Program-made: the position numbers and the translations under genes
Notes under the pieces: model-generated
The model's input: the letters and a program-made list of their open reading frames with translations, nothing else
What the model was told of the DNA's origin: nothing
Databases searched by the model: none
NCBI GenBank assembly: GCA_035531595.1
Contig: DATKSN010000001.1
Span: 40,533 to 104,532 of the forward strand
Source: Pirellulales bacterium
GTDB taxonomy: Bacteria > Planctomycetota > Planctomycetia > Pirellulales > JAICIG01
Direction: 5' to 3'
Length of the DNA stretch: 64,000 nucleotides
In this document: piece by piece, positions 1-9,861 of the stretch
Layout: each line of letters starts with the position of its first letter
Numbering within the stretch: the first letter of the stretch is position 1

Positions 1-43
1 CGCATGCGGGTTTCACATGAAACACGGCAAGATCAGAAGGCGG

Positions 44-1345
44 CTACTCCAACGGATTGATCACCAGTCCGCTGAGGAGCTTAGGATAGAAATAGGTGCT
101 CTTGGCCGGCATCCGTTCGTGATGCTCGCTGATCGCGCGGACCTGTTCGACGGTGGCGGGCATGAGCAAGGCGGCAAGCTGGAACTCGTCGGATTCCAGC
201 CCCGCGACGACCTCCTCCACCATGTGAACATAGCGTGGTTTTGGCAAACTGGGCGCCGCCAGCAACGAATCGACGACAAGACGGTGCAGGATCGCCACGC
301 CCAAATCGCGCCAATCGGCGCTGTGCTCTGGAGCAAGCTGGGCCAACTTGGCCCGGCCGCTGGCGGTGATGCCGGCAATCACCCAGCGCCGGTCCTTCGC
401 CGTGTACAGGCCGAGCGTCGCCTGGTCGGCGGCGGTTTCGATCTCTTCCCAGACGTTGGCCGCCAGATCATTGCCTTCGCCAACCAGCCGTGTGGTACAC
501 GAATCGCCCAACCTGGCGACCAACTCGGCCGAAGTCATGGCCGGCAAACCGCGGAACAAGCGGTGAGTGGGGAGCACGAGCATGCCTTGATCACTCATTC
601 CCACGCACATCATCAGCACGAAGTGGGCCGGGTGATTGGAGTCCAGGTTCCCTTCCGCGGCCAATTGGTCGCGGTAATTGCAAGCGGTTTCGTAGCGGTG
701 GTGGCCGTCGGCGATGAAGACCGGCTTGGGGCCCACGACGCCGGCCAGCACCGTGGCCACCTGGATGTCGGTGACCGGCCAAAGGCGATGAACGACACCG
801 AGATGGTCGGTCGCCTCCAACGCCGTCTTGCCGGCGACGGCCGTTTCGAGCAGATCCTGCGCCTCCGAGCGCGGGTCGGGATATAGGCCGAAAATCTGGC
901 TCAGATTCGCCTTGCACGCCCGCGTCAGCAGCAGCCGATCCGCCTTGGGACCGGCAAGCGTCTCCTCGTGCGGATAAATCTTGCCTTCACCGAACCGCTC
1001 CAGCCGCACGCGGGCCATGAACCCGCGGCGCGTGTGCGAACCGCCGGCATATTGAAACACTTGATGGTAGACGTAGATCGCTGGATCCGGCTCGGTGAAG
1101 AGCACTCCCTCGCTGCGCCAATTCTTGAGGAACCTGGCCGCGCGGGTGTAGCGATTGTTCGAGCCGTCGTCGCCGGGCTCCTCGCGGTTGAGGATCAGTC
1201 GAATGATGTTGGCCGGGTGACGCTTGTAGAGTTGATCCTGCAGATCGGGACCGATCACGTCGTAGGGTGGAGCGATTACGTCGGAGAGCGAGCCGACGTG
1301 TCCCAGGTCGTAGCGGAGGGCGCGGAAGGGGTGGATTTCGGGCAT
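44..1345 (-). CDS. DUF1015 family protein
   Basis: 433 aa; N-terminal PFRALRY...IAPPYDVI, PHEETL and IADGHHRYETA motifs typical of DUF1015. Confidence 0.85.
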   Translation of the reverse strand: MPEIHPFRALRYDLGHVGSLSDVIAPPYDVIGPDLQDQLYKRHPANIIRLILNREEPGDDGSNNRYTRAARFLKNWRSEGVLFTEPDPAIYVYHQVFQYAGGSHTRRGFMARVRLERFGEGKIYPHEETLAGPKADRLLLTRACKANLSQIFGLYPDPRSEAQDLLETAVAGKTALEATDHLGVVHRLWPVTDIQVATVLAGVVGPKPVFIADGHHRYETACNYRDQLAAEGNLDSNHPAHFVLMMCVGMSDQGMLVLPTHRLFRGLPAMTSAELVARLGDSCTTRLVGEGNDLAANVWEEIETAADQATLGLYTAKDRRWVIAGITASGRAKLAQLAPEHSADWRDLGVAILHRLVVDSLLAAPSLPKPRYVHMVEEVVAGLESDEFQLAALLMPATVEQVRAISEHHERMPAKSTYFYPKLLSGLVINPLE

Positions 1346-1382
1346 GGGGGCAAAGGAGGCAGGAGTTGGGAGTCAGATTCAT

Positions 1383-2696
1383 CTAATACCGGTAGTGTTC
1401 AGCCTTGTAAGGCCCCTCGACCGGCACGCCAAGGTATTGCGACTGGGCGGCGGTGAGCCTGCTGAGCTTGACGCCGAGCTTCTCCAAGTGCAGCCGGGCG
1501 ACTTCCTCGTCGAGCGTCTTGGGCAATACGTGGACCCCGAGCGGAAACTTTTCCGGCTCGGTCCAGAGCGCGATCTGGGCCAGCACCTGGTTTGAAAACG
1601 AAGTCGACATCACGAACGAAGGGTGGCCCGTGGCGCAGCCCAGGTTCACCAGCCGGCCTTCCGCGAGCACGATGATCGAATGGCCGTCGGCGAACGTGTA
1701 ACGGTCGACCTGGGGCTTGATCTCCAGCTTGCGGATGTTCTTTTGCGAGTTGAGCCAGGCCATATCGATCTCGAGATCGAAGTGGCCGATGTTGCAGACG
1801 ATCGCGTCGTTGGGCATCGCCCGCATGTGCTTGCCGAGGATGATATCGCGATTGCCGGTGCCGGTGACGAAGATATTCCCCCTCGGCGCCGCCTCGTCCA
1901 TCGTCGTGACCTCGAAGCCTTCCATCGCCGCTTGCAGGGCGTTGATCGGGTCGATTTCGGTGATGATCACGCGGGCTCCGAGCGACCGCATCGAGTGGGC
2001 GCAGCCCTTGCCCACGTCTCCGTAGCCGGCGACGACCACCACCTTGCCGGCGATCATGACGTCGGTGGCCCGCTTGATGCCGTCGGCCAGCGACTCGCGG
2101 CAGCCGTAGAGGTTGTCGAACTTGCTCTTGGTCACCGAGTCGTTGACGTTGATCGCCGCGACCTTCAATTCGCCCCGTTCATGCATCTGGTAGAGGCGGT
2201 GAACGCCCGTCGTCGTCTCTTCCGAAAGGCCGCGGATGCCCGACAGAAGCTCGGGGTACTTCTGATGGACCATCGCCGTCAGGTCGCCGCCGTCGTCAAG
2301 GATCAAGTTGAGCGGCTGCCCGTCGGGAAAGAAAAGCGTCTGCTCGATGCACCAGTCGAAATCGACCGAGCTCATTCCCTTCCAGGCATAGACGGGGAAA
2401 CCAGCCTTGGCGACTGCGGCCGCGGCATGGTCCTGGGTCGAGAAAATGTTGCAACTGCTCCAGGTCACCTCGGCGCCAAGATCCTTGAGCGTCTCGATCA
2501 AAACGGCCGTCTGGATCGTCATGTGCAGACATCCGGCAATTCGGGCGCCCGCCAACGGTTTCGAGGGGCCGTATTTCCGGCGCAGGGCCATCAGGCCGGG
2601 CATTTCGTTTTCGGCCAGCATGATTTCCCGCCGCCCCCAATCGGCCAAAGAGAGATCGGCGACTTTGAAGGGGAATCTGGTTACGACCTGCAACAC
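1383..2696 (-). CDS. ahcY: Adenosylhomocysteinase (SAH hydrolase)
   Basis: [66 protein letters not shown]; GTG start with GGAG RBS. Confidence 0.97.
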   Translation of the reverse strand: MLQVVTRFPFKVADLSLADWGRREIMLAENEMPGLMALRRKYGPSKPLAGARIAGCLHMTIQTAVLIETLKDLGAEVTWSSCNIFSTQDHAAAAVAKAGFPVYAWKGMSSVDFDWCIEQTLFFPDGQPLNLILDDGGDLTAMVHQKYPELLSGIRGLSEETTTGVHRLYQMHERGELKVAAINVNDSVTKSKFDNLYGCRESLADGIKRATDVMIAGKVVVVAGYGDVGKGCAHSMRSLGARVIITEIDPINALQAAMEGFEVTTMDEAAPRGNIFVTGTGNRDIILGKHMRAMPNDAIVCNIGHFDLEIDMAWLNSQKNIRKLEIKPQVDRYTFADGHSIIVLAEGRLVNLGCATGHPSFVMSTSFSNQVLAQIALWTEPEKFPLGVHVLPKTLDEEVARLHLEKLGVKLSRLTAAQSQYLGVPVEGPYKAEHYRY

Positions 2697-2817
2697 GGAG
2701 CATCTCCATTCTGGTGGGCGTCAACGCCGACCTCGATCACAGGCCGATCCTGCGGTCAGAAGCCGCGACGCAGGGCATGATACGTTGCCGGCGGCGAGGC
2801 TGGCAAGGCCGGAAGAG

Positions 2818-3056
2818 AGGCGTTAGGCGTTGGGAAATAGGCGTTAGGCGTTAGGCGTTGGGAAAACATTACTCGTTCCCACGCTCCGCGTGGGAACGGC
2901 TCCGCAGACGGTCCGCGTCCCAGCCCAGCGGCGATTGGTCGTCGCGGGGCCGCGGAGCGGCCGAAGATGTGTTCCGGGCACACGCGCAGCGGGTCGGCGG
3001 AGCGTTGGAACAAGGTCATGCCTATCGCCTAACGCCTATCGCCTAATCCTAACGCC
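2818..3056. repeat. Heptamer (TAGGCGT-like) arrays in inverted orientation flanking a REP-3 element
   Basis: AGGCGTTAGGCGTT... at 2818-2865 and CCTATCGCCTAACGCC... at 3020-3056; palindrome GTTCCCACGCTCCGCGTGGGAAC at 2875-2897; the rest of the element matches 4383-4436 and 52789-52857. Confidence 0.8.
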
Positions 3057-3697
3057 TTCTTGGCGGCGGCGACGAAGGCCGCGACTTGAGCGTGGTCCTT
3101 ACGGCCGGGGCTCGCCTCCACGCCACTCGCCGTGTCGACGGCCGCGGGGCGTACCGCCGCGATCGCTTGGGCGACGTTGGCCGCGGCCAGCCCGCCGGCC
3201 AAGACCAGAGGCGGTGCCGCGCTGAATTGATGGTAAGCGGCGGCAACGGTCCAATCGAGTGAAAGTCCGGTGCCGCCGTAGGCGCCGACGCGGAAAGCGT
3301 CGAGCAGAACCATCGCGGGCGTGGCGTCGCGCTGGCGGCACTCGGCGAGGTAATCGGATACCGCCGGAAGCCCGCCCGCTTCTAGCCGAAAGGCGCGAAG
3401 CACCGGGATTTCACCTAGGCGCGCCAAGAATTCGGGCGGCTCATCGCCGTGAAGCTGCACCAAGTCGAGCGAAAGCCGCTCCACCGTGTGCCGCACATCG
3501 TCAGCCGTCGGGTTAACGAACACGCCCACCTTTTGAATGCCGCTGGGCAACGCCGCCGCGATTTCGGCCGCTTGGTCTCGCGACACGAAGCGAGAGCTAC
3601 CTGGGTGGAAATTCAGGCCGATCGCGTCGGCGCCCGCGTCGGCCGCGGCCAGGGCGTCGGCAAGGGTGGTCACGCCACAGATCTTGATACGGAACAT
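3029..3697 (-). CDS. trpF: Phosphoribosylanthranilate isomerase
   Basis: MFRIKICGVT, GADAIGLNF, VQLHGDE, GGTG, LAGGL, VDTASGVE; start moved to the ATG at 3697. Confidence 0.95.
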   Translation of the reverse strand: MFRIKICGVTTLADALAAADAGADAIGLNFHPGSSRFVSRDQAAEIAAALPSGIQKVGVFVNPTADDVRHTVERLSLDLVQLHGDEPPEFLARLGEIPVLRAFRLEAGGLPAVSDYLAECRQRDATPAMVLLDAFRVGAYGGTGLSLDWTVAAAYHQFSAAPPLVLAGGLAAANVAQAIAAVRPAAVDTASGVEASPGRKDHAQVAAFVAAAKKALGLGDRR

Positions 3698-3838
3698 CGT
3701 TTTCCAACTTGCGCCATTTGCGTCCATTATACCGCACGCGGCCGGGAATGACACATTCGCAAGGTCTGGACACCAACCCGCGGCGCAAGCCCACCGGTCC
3801 GCCGGGCGGCCCACGAATCGGAAGGGATCATTTTAACG

Positions 3839-3880
3839 AAAAAAGCACGCTCGTTGCGCAGCAACGAACGTGCGAAAAAA
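3839..3880 (-). terminator. Intrinsic terminator-like hairpin
   Basis: GCACG-C-TCGTTGC-GCA-GCAACGA-A-CGTGC stem between A-tracts; the 3839-3844 tract reads as a U-tract on the minus strand. Confidence 0.5.
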
Positions 3881-4382
3881 GAAAACGACAGCGAAGCGAA
3901 AAAAAACGACTTCCGAATACCCCATGACGTCTTGAGCCAGCCGCGAAAGCGGCATCCAATTGCCTCCCCACCCTGGGCCCTACCCCACGCGCTTTTGGAT
4001 CGCATTGGGAGGGGTTTCGGAGTCGTTTTTTTTCGCGCAGCGTCGAGTCGCGGCCGAAACGCGCGGCGCTCTACCCCCGCTAATATTCGCCGTACGGCGC
4101 TTCTATGCCCGAACGCTCGCGCTCGCGCTCAAGCACGGCGGCTAGTGACGAGATCGTCTTGTATCCGGTGACGGCATCCGCGCGCCCGAGCTCGTCAATC
4201 GCGCTGTCGGCCCCGAGTACCTTTACCCGACGAAAGCTTCGGCGCGAGCGGCACGCCTGCGCGATACGTGCGAAAAAGTCTTAAGGCGTCTAAGGCCGGG
4301 CAATCCGCCGAGACAGATTTCCTTGTCGGTACAGGTACGGTTTTGCCAGTTTTTTCTTGGGCAGTTTCGGCTGCGCCGAAGC

Positions 4383-4436
4383 CGCGGGGCCGCGGAGCGG
4401 CCGAAGCTGTGTTCCCACGCGGAGCGTGGGAACAAG
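4383..4436. repeat. REP-3 copy
   Basis: GGGGCCGCGGAGCGGCCGAAG...GTTCCCACGCGGAGCGTGGGAACAAG, shared with 2871-3014 and 52789-52857. Confidence 0.8.
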
Positions 4437-4484
4437 GGACAACGATCCGCTTCAAGGCCATGATGCGAAAATGGGACGGCATCT

Positions 4485-4569
4485 GTAGGGAACGCCCTCC
4501 GTGGCGTTCCGTGTCCTGCCAGACGACGTCGCACCAACTTCTCGGAACGTCACGGAGGGCGTTCCCTAC
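4485..4569. repeat. GTAG-family REP doublet (REPIN-like)
   Basis: GTAGGGAACGCCCTCCGTGGCGTTCCG plus an inverted copy; the spacer matches the reverse complement of the spacer in 25918-26004. Confidence 0.85.
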
Positions 4570-4706
4570 CGAAGCGGGCCGTTGCCCATTTTACAAGCTC
4601 CATTGTGGTTCAAGCTCGTGGCCGATCCGCGACGATGACGAGTGCGGGGTTCTTCGCACCGCCGGCGAAATCTCGCCGGCCTCCATCGCAATGCTCCGCG
4701 CCGACC

Positions 4707-5663
4707 ATGCCGGACGATGAAACCAACCCGCCACGACTCATTCGGGCGATCCGGCGCTCCCGTGTCGCACGACCGCTGGCCGCCTGCATGGCATCGGCAT
4801 TGGCGAGCGTGGCTGCGTGCTGGCTGTTGACGGCGCCCCCTCCCACGCCCTACGTGCCCAAGGCGATCGTTCGAGAAACACTTCGACCCAACCTGGAAGC
4901 CCGCGCCCGAAGCGACCTCGAAGCCACGCGATCCGCGCTGGCGGAAGCCCAGCGCAATACCGATACGGCGCGCGCGGCGCTGGAATCCTGGCTTGAAGGC
5001 CGACTGGCCGCGGAAATCGTCAACCGCGCCGATGAACGGGCCGAGCAGGATGCGGCGGCCGAAGAAGATGAAGAAGTCATTGAACCGCCGCCGGGCCAGG
5101 AACTGCGACGTGAACTTGAGGATTTACAGGCGCGCCGCGAGGCGCTGTTGCAACGCATGACGCCCGAGCACCCCGACGTGAAGGCCCTCGACCTGGAGAT
5201 CGCCGACTGCCGGCGAACATTCGACCGGCTCCTCGCATCGCCCAGCGCTCGTCTCGCCAAATCGCCGGATCGCCCGCGCCTTCCCGTGACCCGTGAGAGG
5301 TCGGTTGTCTGGGACGCCGCGGTCGACGCCCAATGGCAGTCGTTGCGCCGGGCCGCCGCGGCCGCCGCGTCGCGACATGCCGAGCTCGCCTCCGCGGAAG
5401 ACCGGGCCGTGGCAGCGTTGGCCGCGGCGCGCAAAACGGAGGTCGCCGAGATCGCGCCTGCCCCGGCCGCGGGCGCCGTTGAAGTGCGCGCCGGCTGGAA
5501 AAACCTGATCGCCGTCGTTTCGCTTGGCCTGCTGGCGGCCTTGGCCATGAGCGGAGCTTGGCCGGCGCCCGCGCCCGCGGTGGAACCCGGCGCGACGGTC
5601 GACAGCGTTGCCGACTTCGAGGCCGAGTTCGGTTTTCCGGTAGTCGGGGTGCTCTCGATTTAA
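4707..5663 (+). CDS. GumC/Wzc-like chain-length-determinant membrane protein
   Basis: Two TM segments flanking a coiled coil with the MTPEHPDVKAL motif; start moved to MPDDE. Confidence 0.55.
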   Translation: MPDDETNPPRLIRAIRRSRVARPLAACMASALASVAACWLLTAPPPTPYVPKAIVRETLRPNLEARARSDLEATRSALAEAQRNTDTARAALESWLEGRLAAEIVNRADERAEQDAAAEEDEEVIEPPPGQELRRELEDLQARREALLQRMTPEHPDVKALDLEIADCRRTFDRLLASPSARLAKSPDRPRLPVTRERSVVWDAAVDAQWQSLRRAAAAAASRHAELASAEDRAVAALAAARKTEVAEIAPAPAAGAVEVRAGWKNLIAVVSLGLLAALAMSGAWPAPAPAVEPGATVDSVADFEAEFGFPVVGVLSI

Positions 5664-5755
5664 CCTTGGAGCCTTCACCCGGTTGGAGCCGAATTATCCA
5701 AAGCACAGATCGATCGCGCCGCGAATCCAAATAGGAAAGGCAGGGAAACCGCCCG

Positions 5756-7348
5756 ATGTACGAAACGTTCTTCCAGCTTCAGCAACGACCCTTTGCCGCC
5801 GCGGCGCGGGTCGATCGTTACTTTCCGGCCACGGCGATCGAAGCGGCGCGCCAGACGCTGGCGCGCTGTATCGAGCGGGCCGAGGGCGCCGGCATGTTGG
5901 TCGGTCCGCCCGGCAGCGGTAAGACGCTCTTGTGCCTGCTCTTGGCGGAGCAATTCCGCGGCGGCTTTGAAATCGCCCTGCTATCCAACGGCCACCTCGG
6001 CACGCGCCGCGAGCTCTTGCAGGCGATTCTTTTTGAATTGGGGCTTCCTTTCCGCCGGATGGACGAGGGCGAACTTCGTCTGACCCTGGTTGACCACCTC
6101 GCCGACGACCGATCCGGCCGCAAGGGCCTGCTGTTGATCTTGGACGAGGCCCACACGTTTCCAGTGCGATTGTTGGAAGAAGTGCGGCTGATCACCAACC
6201 TGGTGCATGACGGGCAACCGCGTGTGCGGTTGATGCTGGCCGGCGCTCCGATCTTGGAGGAGCGTTTCGCCAGCCCGCGGCTGGCCGCCTTCAGCCAGCG
6301 AATCGCGTCGCGCTGTTACCTCGAATCATGGAACGCCTCGGAAACGCGGCAGTTCGTCGTCAACCAATTGGCCACGGTCGGCGGCGATGCCCAGCGCACG
6401 TTCAGCGGCGACGCGCTGGATGCCATTTTTCGCGCCACCGACGGCATCCCGCGGCTGGTCAACCAGCTTTGCGATCATGCGCTGATCCTGGCCTTCGCCG
6501 GCGGGCGCGGCCACCTGGATGCTTCCGGAATCGAAGAGGCGTGGGCCGACTTGCAGCAGCTTCCAACCCCCTGGAACGATGGTCCCTCCGCGCTTGAAGC
6601 CGCGCGGCCCGTCGCCGACGACCTGATCGAGTTCGGCGGTCTGGACGACGACGAACTGGCCGGCGGCATGAACCTCGAATCGCCCGAGGATGCTCCCCAA
6701 CGGCACGCCGTGCTGTTGCGCGAGATCGAAGATCACCTCACGTCGCTTGAGGACGATTTCGAGCCGGTGGGCACCATCGGGCTCTTGACGCCATCGCGTC
6801 CGCCTCGCCCGGCCAACCCCTTGGACGAGCGGTTCGCGGAAGAGGAGGTGCTCGTCGACCGCTATGCGTCGTTCGAAATGAGCCGGATTGGGCGGTACGG
6901 CTCGGTCGAGAGCCACGAGGGACGGGTCTTGTCGGCGCTGTTGCAGCCGCACTTGCCGCTGCCCGCGGCGCCGCGACTTTCGCTGGTCGAATCGCCCTTG
7001 GCCAACGAAGTCGAGCCGGCGGTGGGGCCATTCGCCGCTTGTTCGATCGAGGCGTGTGCCGCTCCCGCCTTGTTGGAGGTCGGATGGACCACCGCGGCCA
7101 GCCAATGGCGGCCGAACGCTGCGATGGGTGCGTTCGCGCCGGAGCTGGCGGTTGCGATCGACGCGCCGCGGCACGCTCGGCCCGACGAAACGCCGCCGGC
7201 CGGGCTCATCGAGGAGGAATTGATGATCGTCGAGGAAGATCCCCGGCCCGAGCCGCCCGCTCGCAAGTCGCGCGGGATTCCCCAGGCGCGGCGGCAGGAA
7301 TACCGGCAGTTGTTCTCGATGCTACGGAGAAGCGAAGGGCAGATGTAG
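5756..7348 (+). CDS. ExeA-like AAA ATPase with acidic low-complexity C-terminus
   Basis: MYETFFQLQQRPF, Walker A GPPGSGKT, Walker B LILDEAH, TDGIPRLVNQLCDHAL. Confidence 0.8.
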   Translation: MYETFFQLQQRPFAAAARVDRYFPATAIEAARQTLARCIERAEGAGMLVGPPGSGKTLLCLLLAEQFRGGFEIALLSNGHLGTRRELLQAILFELGLPFRRMDEGELRLTLVDHLADDRSGRKGLLLILDEAHTFPVRLLEEVRLITNLVHDGQPRVRLMLAGAPILEERFASPRLAAFSQRIASRCYLESWNASETRQFVVNQLATVGGDAQRTFSGDALDAIFRATDGIPRLVNQLCDHALILAFAGGRGHLDASGIEEAWADLQQLPTPWNDGPSALEAARPVADDLIEFGGLDDDELAGGMNLESPEDAPQRHAVLLREIEDHLTSLEDDFEPVGTIGLLTPSRPPRPANPLDERFAEEEVLVDRYASFEMSRIGRYGSVESHEGRVLSALLQPHLPLPAAPRLSLVESPLANEVEPAVGPFAACSIEACAAPALLEVGWTTAASQWRPNAAMGAFAPELAVAIDAPRHARPDETPPAGLIEEELMIVEEDPRPEPPARKSRGIPQARRQEYRQLFSMLRRSEGQM

Positions 7349-7403
7349 GGTGGGCACCGCCCACAATCGCCCCGGCGCGTTCTTAGACGGAATTACGAAA
7401 TCA

Positions 7404-7922
7404 ATGAGTCTCTTGCTCGACGCCCTGAAGCGGGTTGAGGGAAACCCATCGGGTTCCTGGCTGGCGCCGTCGTCACAGCCCGCCACCGTTCCGCCGCGCG
7501 ATTCGTCGTTTCGTCCGCTGGTCCAGATCAGGCAACTGGCCGCGAATGTGCTCGCCGCGCTACCCAACGACGGCCCTCTGCGATTGGCGTTCGTGACGCT
7601 TCCGTCGTCATGCGAATGGCCGCGGTTGCTGTCGGGGTTGGCGGCGGCGCTGCGGGAGTCCCTGGAATGCGAAGTGCTCCTGCTTAGCGACGTCGGCGAG
7701 TTTGCTTGCGAGCGGTCATGGCAAACGTGGAAGCGGCGGTATCGCTTCGTCATCGTTCCATCGGAAGGCAAGCCGGGCGAATTGGCGTTGCTCTCCGGCG
7801 CCGATGGCGTCTTCCTTGCCGTGGCCTTGGGCAAGGTCCGGCGGCGAAGTGTCAATGACTGCGTTGCCCGACTCCAGGCGTCGGGCGTGCCAATACGCGG
7901 CGGCGTCTTGATCGGGCCTTGA
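7404..7922 (+). CDS. Degenerate CpsD/CapB (BY-kinase-like) domain protein
   Basis: MSLLLDALKR start; C-terminal ADGVFLAVALGKVRRRSVNDCVARLQASGVPIRGGVL resembles the CapB C-terminus; no Walker A visible. Confidence 0.5.
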   Translation: MSLLLDALKRVEGNPSGSWLAPSSQPATVPPRDSSFRPLVQIRQLAANVLAALPNDGPLRLAFVTLPSSCEWPRLLSGLAAALRESLECEVLLLSDVGEFACERSWQTWKRRYRFVIVPSEGKPGELALLSGADGVFLAVALGKVRRRSVNDCVARLQASGVPIRGGVLIGP

Positions 7923-7966
7923 AACGCGCTGCGCGCCCGCTCGGCGAACGGGGCGTCGCGCCCTGC

Positions 7967-8650
7967 TTATTCTTGCCAACTGAAAGGCTTGACGTTTCCA
8001 CCCTGCGATTTGTTGTAATCTTGAAATTCTTCCTTGGTCAGCGGATACCACGGATCGTAGGCGTAGCGACGAAAGAAATGGGCGAGCTTTTCTCGAAAAT
8101 GTTCCGACGCAACGCGGTTCAGGCGTCCGATTCGGAGCATTTTCAACGCATCCATGTTTGTTCCTGGTATCTGGAACGCGCATTGGAAATCAACTGCCAT
8201 TCGCTCAGAGAAGCCGATACGTTCATCCGGCGGCAAATAAAACCCCTTGACGTAGTGGCTCGAATCCTGTTGTGTAATCGTCTTCACCCACTTATCTCGT
8301 TTTTCGGGCGCGTTCTTGTAAACCGACGAGAACGGCACCACTTCGCACATGCTCAAATCATCGGCCCGCGACGCATCGCAATCCTGAGAAATGACGATCC
8401 CGATGACGGGTGACACGGCAAGAACCGCCCGCATCCTCCTTTCTTCGGTCTCCTCAATACGAATGCTTTCAAAGGCGTTCTCATCACCGAGCGCCGCGTT
8501 CCAAGCAAGCTTGTAGTATTCCGGCCTTCCCGTTTCAGGATCCTGGATGAAGACCGTCATCTCGTCAAGCGAAAGATCAACACGTGGAACATTGCGAAGA
8601 ATGTCACCTTGACGGAATGGGGCGTTCGCATCGACTGTCAGGTAGATCAT
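7967..8650 (-). CDS. Hypothetical protein with QGD...SQDCD motifs (PemK/MazF-like fold suspected)
   Basis: 227 aa from the ATG at 8650, 2 nt after the upstream stop; FRQGDIL, GIVISQDCD, VDF, RLNRVASEHFREKLAHFFRR. Confidence 0.6.
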   Translation of the reverse strand: MIYLTVDANAPFRQGDILRNVPRVDLSLDEMTVFIQDPETGRPEYYKLAWNAALGDENAFESIRIEETEERRMRAVLAVSPVIGIVISQDCDASRADDLSMCEVVPFSSVYKNAPEKRDKWVKTITQQDSSHYVKGFYLPPDERIGFSERMAVDFQCAFQIPGTNMDALKMLRIGRLNRVASEHFREKLAHFFRRYAYDPWYPLTKEEFQDYNKSQGGNVKPFSWQE

Positions 8651-8652
8651 GT

Positions 8653-9030
8653 TTACGGCTCGTCCGACATGGACGCAACGAGGTCTTGCATCGCGATTTT
8701 TCGCCGATGCAAGCGCCTTTGGAGTGCATCGGCATGTACCTGGCCAACTTGGCTCCAGATTTCGGCGGCCGACAAGGGACGACCTCGGCGTTGCCGCCGA
8801 ATGGACCCGATGGAAGAAATTCCTGAAATCTGGAAGTCGCGTTTTGCATCCCTGTAGACGACGGGTGTCGTGCCTTGTCCGAAAAGAAGGAGCACCCCTC
8901 CGACGAGGCCCCACACACGGGGTATAGACGACGGAATCGGTTCATTCTCGATAGTCTGGCGGATCGGGAGTGACGAAGCCTGACCGGTGTGCTGAACCGC
9001 AATGCCATAATCGCCCGCGTTGTTAATCAT
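8653..9030 (-). CDS. Small hypothetical protein, middle gene of TIGR04255 module
   Basis: 125 aa; overlaps the upstream gene by 8 nt and abuts the downstream gene; short hydrophobic stretch VWGLVGGVLLLFG. Confidence 0.55.
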   Translation of the reverse strand: MINNAGDYGIAVQHTGQASSLPIRQTIENEPIPSSIPRVWGLVGGVLLLFGQGTTPVVYRDAKRDFQISGISSIGSIRRQRRGRPLSAAEIWSQVGQVHADALQRRLHRRKIAMQDLVASMSDEP

Positions 9031-9820
9031 GGGTTACCTCCTGCTTGAACGACTTCAAGAGTGGCCCCTGCGTCAGGTCAACAAACCAATGCTCAATGAG
9101 CAAGTGGGCGTCATTCAGCCAGCAATCAAACAGTCCCACTTTGTCCGGAACGTGGTCGGCCTTCGACTGTATCGCCATGTGCCAAACCACGGCGGGCTCG
9201 CCTTGATGAATACCGTCGGCGAAAAGGAACTGTCCCGTTCCCTTGGGCTTATTTGTCGGGAAGGTCAACGTCAAGTTGAAGCCATCGAAACCATCGGAAA
9301 CCCTCTCGCCGTCAAACGGCCGCGGCGAAATCTGGATTGTCGTATGTAGATTCGACTTCATAAATTTCAATAGATGATCCTTTTGGAATTGATATGGAAC
9401 TGCGTTAAGGTATCTCAATTCCAAGTGGACCGGCTCGAATGGCGTATCGTCGGGAAAGGCATCATTTAAGACCCCAAGTGCCTTACGGACCACCGGCAAA
9501 AAGCTGTTCCAGTCAGTGTACCCAGTCGCGTGATTGACCGTGAGAATGCCCGGTCCAAGTTGAATCACTGGCCACTTGTCAGCCGCTGGTCGAAACTGCT
9601 GGCGCACGACATACGGTGTCATCTGTGCCGGTATGTTGCTCGCAGGCAAGTTGAACTTCGCAGGGAAATCGTCCCGCAATTGGCCGTAACAGAGCCCAGG
9701 GAGCAGTTGCCAAGCCGGATCAGTTTGGTTTGGCTGAAGCTCCCAGCGAAGTTCAAAAATCGCCTCGGCAAGCGGCGGACGCGCTAGCCGCCCAAGCTTT
9801 TCGTGGATCGTCATGGCCAT
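9023..9820 (-). CDS. TIGR04255 family protein
   Basis: RPPLAEAIFELRW, VIQLGPGILTVN, YTDWNSF, LELRYLNAV, WLNDAHLLIEHWF. Confidence 0.8.
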   Translation of the reverse strand: MAMTIHEKLGRLARPPLAEAIFELRWELQPNQTDPAWQLLPGLCYGQLRDDFPAKFNLPASNIPAQMTPYVVRQQFRPAADKWPVIQLGPGILTVNHATGYTDWNSFLPVVRKALGVLNDAFPDDTPFEPVHLELRYLNAVPYQFQKDHLLKFMKSNLHTTIQISPRPFDGERVSDGFDGFNLTLTFPTNKPKGTGQFLFADGIHQGEPAVVWHMAIQSKADHVPDKVGLFDCWLNDAHLLIEHWFVDLTQGPLLKSFKQEVTHD

Positions 9821-9861
9821 ACGTTAGCCTACCATAAGTCGGTACGCTAGTGGGCACATGA

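Noticed and set aside
2697-2817. SAH or SAM/SAH riboswitch upstream of ahcY
   Set aside because: I could not match the consensus cores; only a short CGGCTTCTG resemblance. An Rfam scan is needed.
3896-3965. Group II intron domain V or c-di-GMP riboswitch (GAGCC...GAAA hairpin)
   Set aside because: It lacks the closing GGTTC strand and other conserved elements.
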